From: a virus
Taxonomy: Duplodnaviria; Heunggongvirae; Uroviricota; Caudoviricetes
Virus record (IMG/VR): IMGVR_UViG_3300028797_000097
Length of the DNA: 52,832 bases
Direction: 5' to 3' (one strand)
Positions within the stretch are counted from its first letter, which is position 1, and every line of letters starts with the position of its first letter. A program made the position numbers and the translations under genes. Of the stretch, positions 44,118 to 51,582 are shown piece after piece. The notes below the pieces were generated by a model, which was given only the letters and a program-made list of their open reading frames with translations, did not search any database and had not been told where the DNA came from.

Positions 44118-44820
44118 CTTTTAATCCCTTTGTACTATATTGTTCTAGTTTTTCTTTTGCTGCTAATAATGTCTTTTCTATATCGTCTATATTTCTATAT
44201 TCCTTCCACGTACATTTCCATTTATTGGTTCCATAATGACCAATTTCTGGATTATTAGAATATACATTGTATATATCATATTCAACTGTATCTAATACCT
44301 TTACTCTTCTTACGCCATCTGGTTTAAAATAATTCCTGTCAAGACCTTCAGTATATAAAATCGGTGGACAAAATGGAACTATATCTGTAGTATACCAATT
44401 CTCAGCTTCATCCCAATCTGCAGGCTTTATAAAATCTAATTTTTTCAATAATTCATCAAGTTCTTTATTCTTTATATTTGGGCCAGCATGTAAATACATA
44501 AAGAAATTGGATATTCCTCTAATAAGCTCTCTAATATATAAAACATCCCAATCCTTATAAAGCAAATCATATTTTCGTTCATCAACTACTATAGATTTAC
44601 CGTCTACAATATTGCCAAGAAAAATTGTAAATTCTTCTATCGGTTCTAACGGATTCGTAATATAATCTGTCTTTACATTTACCATAACCAAATAATCGTC
44701 TTTCCTGTCGTTAACGTTATAATAAATTGTAGACATTCGGCGTTCATCACCGTAACAATATCCTAAGTCTTTATCCCAACCAAGTGATAAACAAATATTA
44801 TTAAATTCAATTAAATTCAT
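44107..44820 (-). CDS. hypothetical protein
   Basis: 237-aa ORF. Confidence 0.7.
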   Translation of the reverse strand: MNLIEFNNICLSLGWDKDLGYCYGDERRMSTIYYNVNDRKDDYLVMVNVKTDYITNPLEPIEEFTIFLGNIVDGKSIVVDERKYDLLYKDWDVLYIRELIRGISNFFMYLHAGPNIKNKELDELLKKLDFIKPADWDEAENWYTTDIVPFCPPILYTEGLDRNYFKPDGVRRVKVLDTVEYDIYNVYSNNPEIGHYGTNKWKCTWKEYRNIDDIEKTLLAAKEKLEQYSTKGLKDDG

Positions 44821-44821
44821 A

Positions 44822-44986
44822 TTATTTATCCCAATTATCCCTTTGCGCTTCTATAAAATCTGGTAATTGTGGACGATTCCTTTCATATTCTGCATCCATT
44901 AATCTACTAATAAAAGGTTTTTCGTCTTTATCCTTATTTTTATAATTGTCAAGCTGAACTTCAATAAAATCTGGTAACTGTCCCAT
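44822..44986 (-). CDS. 54-aa protein with two QLPDFIExQxDN repeats (not in ORF track)
   Basis: MGQLPDFIEVQLDNYKNKDKDEKPFISRLMDAEYERNRPQLPDFIEAQRDNWDK; fills the gap between sufE and 44820 exactly. Confidence 0.75.
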   Translation of the reverse strand: MGQLPDFIEVQLDNYKNKDKDEKPFISRLMDAEYERNRPQLPDFIEAQRDNWDK

Positions 44987-44988
44987 AT

Positions 44989-45363
44989 CTATCCCATTAT
45001 ACTATATGCTTCTGCATATTTTCTCATTTGATTTAAAATACTTGCAAACCCGTTTTGCCTGGTCGGTGTCAAACCGTTAGTAAAACCATTTTGAACGAAC
45101 CAGTTTGGATCGATTGCTAAAATTTCAGACGGTGTTTTACCGCTAAAGAAATTACAAAGATAAACTCCCAAACCTAACGATATTAGTGCTGGTGTTTTAT
45201 CGTCTGTGCATACGTCAAAGAAAACTCTACCAAAACTATATGTGGGTTTCAGATATAATTTTATCCCGCAACCTTTGACTAACCATTTTTCATCTTTCTC
45301 AAAATCTGACTTGTTATTTCTGGCAAGTTCAATCAAGTATTTCCACTTCTCGTCATTATCCAT
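44989..45363 (-). CDS. sufE: SufE-family sulfur acceptor / cysteine desulfurase activator
   Basis: KWKYLIELAR, VKGC (conserved Cys), GKTPSEIL, LTPTRQNGF; ATG 45363 preferred. Confidence 0.85.
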   Translation of the reverse strand: MDNDEKWKYLIELARNNKSDFEKDEKWLVKGCGIKLYLKPTYSFGRVFFDVCTDDKTPALISLGLGVYLCNFFSGKTPSEILAIDPNWFVQNGFTNGLTPTRQNGFASILNQMRKYAEAYSIMG

Positions 45364-45377
45364 GTTTACAAATATAG

Positions 45378-45405
45378 AAAAACCGGTCGAAATCAACCGG
45401 TTTTA
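45378..45405 (-). terminator. intrinsic terminator overlapping a -10 (TATATT 45371-45376)
   Basis: aaaccggt/accggttt; the -35 is non-canonical. Confidence 0.65.
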
Positions 45406-45426
45406 TTTTTTAATTTGACTTTTTGA

Positions 45427-45753
45427 TTACCAAGATAATCGTAATATCCAATGTTTAATCATTCCCTTAGGAGAATCTTCAAGCTTAGCTGTTATACTCT
45501 CGTTTTGGAACATTTTAATGACTTCTGGGACGATTTTATCTATTAGTAAGGGTGAATCATAGGTATAGTCAAAAAGCGGATGTACGTCGTCGTATTCAGC
45601 CGTATTGATAGATATACCGGCACTTCGTTTTCTAGCATCAGCACATCTTTGAGCTTCTGAATATGCTAGTTTAAAAAGCTTAGATGCTTCTTCTTTAACT
45701 GCCTTCTCAGATGCATCAATAGTTCTAGCTCTTAATAAATCACCCAGCTTCAT
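45427..45753 (-). CDS. hypothetical protein
   Basis: 108-aa ORF ending ...ILRLSW. Confidence 0.7.
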   Translation of the reverse strand: MKLGDLLRARTIDASEKAVKEEASKLFKLAYSEAQRCADARKRSAGISINTAEYDDVHPLFDYTYDSPLLIDKIVPEVIKMFQNESITAKLEDSPKGMIKHWILRLSW

Positions 45754-46126
45754 ATTTTTCCTTTTTAAGTTTTACTATTTCATTTTCAAGGCGTTCAATT
45801 TTTTCTTGATACCATTTTTCAAACCATGGACCATTAACTGCCCAATATCTTTCATCGATACTACACAAACTTAAAGGACCATATTTTTTGAGCATATAAA
45901 GTGTATGCATTTCTGCAATTCGTTCTGCTGAAACATCTATTTTATTTTCAGCATTAATTTCAAAAATACATGCATTTGGATCTACCTTATGCCCGTCATG
46001 TTTGTATAAAGGAGTAACTCTGACAGCAGAATAGCTTTCTTTACCCCACGTCCCATCAATAGCTATTGATATTTGTGGATTTCCTTCAACTTTTTGTAAG
46101 GCTTCGATTAATTCATTCTTTGTCAT
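45740..46126 (-). CDS. hypothetical protein
   Basis: MTKNELIEALQK start typical of small phage ORFs. Confidence 0.7.
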   Translation of the reverse strand: MTKNELIEALQKVEGNPQISIAIDGTWGKESYSAVRVTPLYKHDGHKVDPNACIFEINAENKIDVSAERIAEMHTLYMLKKYGPLSLCSIDERYWAVNGPWFEKWYQEKIERLENEIVKLKKEKYEAG

Positions 46127-46382
46127 CGTAAGTTGAAATCTCCTTTAACTTGTTTAAAAATTTTGCAAATTCATTTACACTAAACGTTTGTGTAAGACCT
46201 TGTTTTCGCCAATCTGGATTCGGATCTGATGTAATACTGAATGTAACTGCCGCTTCAGTTTCACCTCGTTCATACATAACACCATAATCAATCATTGCAT
46301 CATATTCATGCTTTCCCTGTTTAAATCTAACAGTTACATGATTATCGTCTCTACTTACTTCTTGAAAATCTGTCATTAGCAA
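46113..46382 (-). CDS. hypothetical protein
   Basis: 89-aa ORF. Confidence 0.65.
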   Translation of the reverse strand: MLMTDFQEVSRDDNHVTVRFKQGKHEYDAMIDYGVMYERGETEAAVTFSITSDPNPDWRKQGLTQTFSVNEFAKFLNKLKEISTYDDKE

Positions 46383-46981
46383 CTCCTTACAAATACAAGT
46401 CTAATATCTGCATCTCTATCCAAATCATAATCTTCTCTAGCCATATCTTGAATAGCCCATAAAAGGCCATTCCATCTAAGTGCTTTCTTATAACCTGCAG
46501 ACTGGTTATTAAGTTCTTCCAGAAGTTCTTTATTTATTGGATATGTTAATGGATTATAATTGGGAACAGGGTCAGCAGAACCTTCTTGATACTTGTCAGA
46601 ATGAATATCAAGAGAATAATCGATATAAGGATTTATTTCACACTTAAATCCTAATGCCTTGTAACACATCATCATGGTATTGTCATATTGTTCGATGATT
46701 CTATCACAAAGACGTCTCATATTATCTAATGGACAAACCTTGACCCAATGATATTCATCAATATTACCATCATAGAAATCAAGTACTCCCTGAGAAAGTT
46801 CAGAATTATCTACCGAATCAAATGTATTTTCTTCAATATCTTGCGTACCAGCTGCATAGTCCATTGTGTCTGTAAGCAAAAAATGTTTAACTTCAGACAT
46901 GATACAGGTTTTACCGATCATTTCCCATTTACTGGATCCTCTTCTTCTTTTCTCAGCGAATAACTTAATTCCCCATGACAT
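46376..46981 (-). CDS. hypothetical protein
   Basis: 201-aa ORF, MSWGIKLFAEK start. Confidence 0.7.
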   Translation of the reverse strand: MSWGIKLFAEKRRRGSSKWEMIGKTCIMSEVKHFLLTDTMDYAAGTQDIEENTFDSVDNSELSQGVLDFYDGNIDEYHWVKVCPLDNMRRLCDRIIEQYDNTMMMCYKALGFKCEINPYIDYSLDIHSDKYQEGSADPVPNYNPLTYPINKELLEELNNQSAGYKKALRWNGLLWAIQDMAREDYDLDRDADIRLVFVRSC

Positions 46982-46983
46982 AA

Positions 46984-47127
46984 TTAATCTTCCTTCATTT
47001 CTGTAACTTCTGCTTCATCTGGTTCGAAACCATCTTCATCAATACGCATCAATGCTATTTCGTATGCATCGTCTTCAGATTCTGCACGAATAGTCATTGT
47101 TTTACTGACTTTGACTTTATATTTCAT
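46984..47127 (-). CDS. 47-aa acidic protein (not in ORF track)
   Basis: MKYKVKVSKTMTIRAESEDDAYEIALMRIDEDGFEPDEAEVTEMKED; TAATG coupling. Confidence 0.7.
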   Translation of the reverse strand: MKYKVKVSKTMTIRAESEDDAYEIALMRIDEDGFEPDEAEVTEMKED

Positions 47128-47363
47128 TAGTCTTCTTCCTCTTCTTCCTCTTCTCCGCATTCAGCTTCATATTCGGATTCGAGTTCATAATATTCATCGC
47201 TTGACATTCTATCGCAAATATATTCATACTTGCCATAATTTTCATTCATACGAATATAGTCTTCAAAGAAAAAAGCTAAATCTTTAAATTCATGACCATC
47301 GCCTTCATACTTTCCAGTCTTAGCAAGTTCTTGACAAAACTTGAGTGCTTCTTCTGCATTCAT
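47127..47363 (-). CDS. acidic hypothetical protein
   Basis: Ends EEEEEED; TAATG coupling. Confidence 0.7.
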   Translation of the reverse strand: MNAEEALKFCQELAKTGKYEGDGHEFKDLAFFFEDYIRMNENYGKYEYICDRMSSDEYYELESEYEAECGEEEEEEED

Positions 47364-47926
47364 TAGTCTTCATCCTCATCTTCAGGTTCATCGTCAAAAT
47401 CGAAATCATCATCGTCATCTGAATTAAGATCTTCGAAAGTCAAAATATCCTTATAAGATTTTGCATCATAATTATATTCACAACTTTCTTCCCTTGTTCC
47501 AGCAGGTCTTCTTGTGAGTTCATAACTAAATGAATGGTTATTCCAGCAGTTATCCATATGAGGAAGACAATCACCGATTTCTTCTTCTACTTCTTCTTTA
47601 AGTTCTTCCATATCATCATCTGGATCTTTTGAATCATCATCAAATTCGCCAAAAAGATGATCCATCAAATAGTCATACTTTTGCCAGTCTTCACATCTAT
47701 CAGACGGTTTCAAACCGAACTTATGTAAATCTTCAAGATAGTTATCCAGGTCAAAATCACTTTCGCCATCATATACTTCAAAATTTTGATAAAGCAAAAT
47801 TTCTGCAGCTAATGATTTCTGTTCTTCTTCAACTTCATCATCATACGTGCCTAAACCGTATGATTCATGAATATAGTCAGCATCATTTGTATCGACTGTT
47901 ACTTCAATTTCATAATCCCATTTCAT
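47363..47926 (-). CDS. highly acidic protein (DNA-mimic candidate)
   Basis: About 67 of 187 residues are D/E by manual count. Confidence 0.7.
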   Translation of the reverse strand: MKWDYEIEVTVDTNDADYIHESYGLGTYDDEVEEEQKSLAAEILLYQNFEVYDGESDFDLDNYLEDLHKFGLKPSDRCEDWQKYDYLMDHLFGEFDDDSKDPDDDMEELKEEVEEEIGDCLPHMDNCWNNHSFSYELTRRPAGTREESCEYNYDAKSYKDILTFEDLNSDDDDDFDFDDEPEDEDED

Positions 47927-47940
47927 ATTATTTTTTCCTT

Positions 47941-48291
47941 TTAGTCAATATCCATTACCCAACAGACAATATCCCTTGTCTGCTTATCATAGATGATACC
48001 AATATAGTGGTTTTCATCGCCAAATGTTTTAAAACCTAAATCAAACGTAGATGGAGGACCGGCTTGTTCATAAGCTGGATTTATCCAACCCTCATAATAG
48101 TCAAGATAACTTTCCCAAGAATCCTCTTCTCGGTTAAACAAAGCATCGATTTCATCGTCTTCTGCATCTGGTTCTGTCACGACTTTTTGCCAACTTTCTT
48201 CAAGTTCATCAAAACTTTGACCACGAGAATCTTGCAAAAAATCATGCTTAAGTTCTGGAATTTCAGATAATGTTACTGAATCAATTTTCAT
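47941..48291 (-). CDS. acidic hypothetical protein
   Basis: 116 aa, D/E-rich. Confidence 0.7.
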   Translation of the reverse strand: MKIDSVTLSEIPELKHDFLQDSRGQSFDELEESWQKVVTEPDAEDDEIDALFNREEDSWESYLDYYEGWINPAYEQAGPPSTFDLGFKTFGDENHYIGIIYDKQTRDIVCWVMDID

Positions 48292-49085
48292 TATACCAAC
48301 TCCACAACTGGTTTTTCACCGTTAAAGATAACATCAACTCTGTTTACAACTTTAGAGAAAATAGGCATATCAATAACCTGAATTTCTGAACGTTTAACCA
48401 ATGTATCACGTTCGACTTTTTGCTTAAATTCTTCAGGAATCTTCTCCCATTCTTCAGCTGTTAAAGCACGTTCAACAACTTTACGTTGTGCATAAGCTCC
48501 TCTCTTGAAGAAAGCTGGATAATCATTCCAGTTAATACCCTTTTCCATAAGCATGTCCTGTTTTTCAGAACCATTCTTGCCATGAAGTTGCTTATCAGAA
48601 TAATAAGCCCTTGCAGCCATAGAAATAGAGTTCTTGGTTGCATCGAATTCTCTCCAAAGAATTTCGTTAGTTGCTTCAACCCTGTTAGGAACTTGCCAGC
48701 ATCTACAATCGAAGAATGCTAATGGTTTGTCTGGATATGTCTTGTGGATTATTTCGTTAAACTTGGCAGTCGCAATCGAAGCCAATACAGAAGTAAGTTT
48801 AGAAATACGACCGCCAAATAATGCATCACAGTCATCTCTGAGAACTAAAGAGATTTCATCCGACTGAGTATAACCAATGCAAGCATTTGACTGTTCGACA
48901 AGATATTTCATAGTCTCAATCATTGCATTAGCCATATCTTCATCATATGGTCGTTTCATTCCTCTGGTAAATGTATGGAATGCCCTACCGTCAATTCTTA
49001 CACAGATAGGAAGTCCAGGAATAAAGGTTCTTCGTGCCTCGATTCCTTCATAAAGTTTCATTCTATCGCCAAAATCATCAGTCAT
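48291..49085 (-). CDS. tRNA(His) guanylyltransferase Thg1-like 3'-5' polymerase
   Basis: RIDGRAFHTFT, GYTQSDEISL, FFDCRC, KNSISMAA, GINWND.P..FKRG. Confidence 0.92.
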   Translation of the reverse strand: MTDDFGDRMKLYEGIEARRTFIPGLPICVRIDGRAFHTFTRGMKRPYDEDMANAMIETMKYLVEQSNACIGYTQSDEISLVLRDDCDALFGGRISKLTSVLASIATAKFNEIIHKTYPDKPLAFFDCRCWQVPNRVEATNEILWREFDATKNSISMAARAYYSDKQLHGKNGSEKQDMLMEKGINWNDYPAFFKRGAYAQRKVVERALTAEEWEKIPEEFKQKVERDTLVKRSEIQVIDMPIFSKVVNRVDVIFNGEKPVVELV

Positions 49086-49088
49086 ATT

Positions 49089-49361
49089 TTATCTCCATTT
49101 AACTTTTTCAGTTTCCCATTTATATGGAATTCTATACATTTTTGGATCACGTGGAATGCAATAAGAATATGTAACATCTACTTCACTTTTATCTAAAAGT
49201 GGATCATCATCATTGTATAAATCATTAGCAAATTTAATTGCTTCTGCTTTTGATGAAAAATCTCGACTTTTAGGAAATGGATATGGATCACCAGTCCATG
49301 GTTCTTCCATTGCATAATGAACAGTATAATGTTCATTAATTATATTTTCTTGTTTACTCAC
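49089..49361 (-). CDS. hypothetical protein (GTG start inferred)
   Basis: In-frame GTG at 49361 next to the upstream stop. Confidence 0.55.
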   Translation of the reverse strand: MSKQENIINEHYTVHYAMEEPWTGDPYPFPKSRDFSSKAEAIKFANDLYNDDDPLLDKSEVDVTYSYCIPRDPKMYRIPYKWETEKVKWR

Positions 49362-49623
49362 CGTCTGGGATTTCTGGTAATTCTGCCCAATATTTTGTGA
49401 ATTGTGCTCCGAAAGTAGTATCATAATCTCCGTCTATTTCCCAATAATATTGTTTAACTGATGGCCACATATTTAATGTGCCGATTTCTATTAAAGTTTT
49501 CTTATTATTACCCTCACCAAAATATCGGTCAGGCGTTTCATAAATTAATACTCTATCACCTATATGAAGGTCAGGATGTAAATCACCATTTACAAATACT
49601 GGCTTCCAATCAACCTTGTTCAT
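49354..49623 (-). CDS. hypothetical protein (DUF551-like layout)
   Basis: VDWKPV...P...DRVLI...TKYWAELPEIP pattern. Confidence 0.6.
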   Translation of the reverse strand: MNKVDWKPVFVNGDLHPDLHIGDRVLIYETPDRYFGEGNNKKTLIEIGTLNMWPSVKQYYWEIDGDYDTTFGAQFTKYWAELPEIPDGE

Positions 49624-50024
49624 TGTTTTTCCTTCATTGTAACATCATGCATACAAGTAATGATATATGCTCCTAAAGAATCTTGGATTTTTACCGCTAA
49701 ATCTTCTGGAATTCCGCTACTAGTCAAATATCCCCAACCACGAATCAAGAATGAAACCTTATTACCATTCTTGTCGTTATAAAAGATTACAGCATCATTG
49801 TAATAAGCGTCATTGAAATCTGCATGAGAATATTCCTCTTGGTTCATTGCTTTTACAAGTTGTTCCATATCCTCGCGGTTAGATTCGATTTCGGCATTAT
49901 TACCAGTAACGTAAACATTACCACACCAAATCATGGCGTTAAGCATACGGTCAAGTTCAAACTTGTCTTTAAAGTAGTTTTTCCAAAGATTTACATCAAT
50001 ACTCATATTATTCTCCTTATGCAT
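49620..50024 (-). CDS. hypothetical protein
   Basis: 134 aa; FLIRGWGYLT. Confidence 0.7.
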   Translation of the reverse strand: MHKENNMSIDVNLWKNYFKDKFELDRMLNAMIWCGNVYVTGNNAEIESNREDMEQLVKAMNQEEYSHADFNDAYYNDAVIFYNDKNGNKVSFLIRGWGYLTSSGIPEDLAVKIQDSLGAYIITCMHDVTMKEKQ

Positions 50025-50214
50025 ACCAGCGTTCTGTTTCCCAGAATATCTTGGTCAATTCTTTGAAACCGAGCTTATCCAAAACTTCACAGAGTAGAGC
50101 ATCTGCAGCAACATGTGCACCTTCTGTATCTTCCTCTAAAGACTTCCTTTTAAGTTCATTCATTCTAGGAATAGCATCACCTAAAATCTGTTTCTTTTCT
50201 TCGTCTGTAATCAT
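50017..50214 (-). CDS. small conserved-phage-type hypothetical protein
   Basis: ATG 50214 MITDEEKK...DTEGAHVAADALLCEVL..LGF...WYA. Confidence 0.7.
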   Translation of the reverse strand: MITDEEKKQILGDAIPRMNELKRKSLEEDTEGAHVAADALLCEVLDKLGFKELTKIFWETERWYA

Positions 50215-50215
50215 T

Positions 50216-50383
50216 TTAAAGCCACGTTTTATTTTCTGATATTTCACGGACATGCATATAGCCTGGGTCTTTAGCTCTGCCTTCGACAAAATTAACTAAT
50301 GCAGTTACACCCGTTAGATTGTCAAGATTAAATTGTTTTGTCATTGTAGAATATGAATTATGTGATATTACTTCAACGATCAT
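50216..50383 (-). CDS. 55-aa hypothetical protein (not in ORF track)
   Basis: MIVEVISHNSY...NKTWL with AAGGAG RBS; fills the gap. Confidence 0.65.
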   Translation of the reverse strand: MIVEVISHNSYSTMTKQFNLDNLTGVTALVNFVEGRAKDPGYMHVREISENKTWL

Positions 50384-50410
50384 TTTTACTCCTTTTCTTT
50401 GTCTATAAGT

Positions 50411-50683
50411 TTATTTTCTGATATTTCCACTTTTAGGATGAACTTCTATATCCATATAATGAACTGGATAATTTACTGTTTTTTCTGAAGATTCTGTATT
50501 AAATGGAATTTCTTCTTCAATAGTCTTTACATGATATAATTTAACATTGATTGCAGAAACTATATCTTCATCAGTATTAATGAAATCAATAGCTTCATCT
50601 TTACTTTTAAAAGATTTTTGATAAGTATATGATGAAACTTTATATTGCCATGTAACTTTATATGATTCCGAAATTAAATTCAT
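50411..50683 (-). CDS. hypothetical protein
   Basis: 90 aa; likely leaderless first gene. Confidence 0.7.
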   Translation of the reverse strand: MNLISESYKVTWQYKVSSYTYQKSFKSKDEAIDFINTDEDIVSAINVKLYHVKTIEEEIPFNTESSEKTVNYPVHYMDIEVHPKSGNIRK

Positions 50684-50690
50684 ATTTTAA

Positions 50691-50719
50691 AATATAGAAA
50701 AAGAGCTGACTTTCGTCAA
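50691..50719 (-). promoter_or_regulatory. sigma70-like early promoter fused to terminator hairpin
   Basis: TTGACG-N17-TATATT; tgac-tttc-gtca core. Confidence 0.8.
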
Positions 50720-50747
50720 CCCTTTTATAATTTTGATAATTTAAAAA

Positions 50748-51155
50748 TTAATATATTTCTATTCTATGTTTGTTAATAATAATACGTCTATGTTCAAATT
50801 TATCTTTCCATTCTTCACCATAAACGCCGGTTTTAAATTTTTCCTCAACTTTCTTAATTGCATAGTTCTCAACTTCTTTATAGTCGTCAAGATAACAATC
50901 AGAAAGATTAAGTTTAATCCTATAACCTTTATTGTTAGTAATATCTATATAAGGAACTACAGCCAACTTATATTTGGATTTTTTATCCAATTCATCATAA
51001 CATCTTTCGCAGTATCTTTTGCCTCTATATGTTAAATATGCTTCATCTGACCATAGTTCATCACCACATCTTGCGCAATAACCTTGTACATGGCTTTCAT
51101 TAATGACTTTATAACCATTTTCTGAAAGTAATTGTTTTGCTTCATCTAAATTCAT
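50748..51155 (-). CDS. leader-family late protein with zinc-finger cargo
   Basis: MNLDEAKQLLSENGYKVINE; CARC...CERC; GGAGG RBS. Confidence 0.75.
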   Translation of the reverse strand: MNLDEAKQLLSENGYKVINESHVQGYCARCGDELWSDEAYLTYRGKRYCERCYDELDKKSKYKLAVVPYIDITNNKGYRIKLNLSDCYLDDYKEVENYAIKKVEEKFKTGVYGEEWKDKFEHRRIIINKHRIEIY

Positions 51156-51172
51156 TTTTAACCTCCTATGCT

Positions 51173-51502
51173 TTAGTCTTCATACCATTCATCGCAGGTA
51201 AGGTCAGCGAGCAAGTTCTGTACACAAGTATCAGTTTCACACGAGTTAAACTTGACACCATCTTCATATGCATCTTTTGCCGCACGATCATCATTATAGT
51301 CTTCTCCAGCATATCCTATGATAAATGCTCGCTTAAAGTTATTATAATCGGCATCATCACCCCAGTATTTATACGAGCGGTCCCAGAGTTCGTCAAAAAT
51401 CTCTTCAGGGGTATATGATAATCTTTCATTCAGTTGTTTGGTTTCCTTGATAAGCCTGTACCCTTGTTTCTGGAGTAATTGTTTTGCTTCTGTTAAATTC
51501 AT
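51173..51502 (-). CDS. leader-family late protein, acidic cargo
   Basis: ATG 51502 MNLTEAKQLLQKQGYRLIKE. Confidence 0.75.
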   Translation of the reverse strand: MNLTEAKQLLQKQGYRLIKETKQLNERLSYTPEEIFDELWDRSYKYWGDDADYNNFKRAFIIGYAGEDYNDDRAAKDAYEDGVKFNSCETDTCVQNLLADLTCDEWYED

Positions 51503-51527
51503 TTTCAATCTCCTTGTTATTTTTTAT

Positions 51528-51535
51528 TATTTATA
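51528..51535 (-). promoter_or_regulatory. T4-type late promoter
   Basis: TATAAATA(ATAAAA). Confidence 0.75.
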
Positions 51536-51546
51536 GAAATTTTGTA

Positions 51547-51554
51547 TATAAATA
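51547..51554 (+). promoter_or_regulatory. T4-type late promoter, divergent from 51528
   Basis: TATAAATA. Confidence 0.7.
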
Positions 51555-51582
51555 AAGAAACGTTTAAGAAAAGGTGAAAAAT

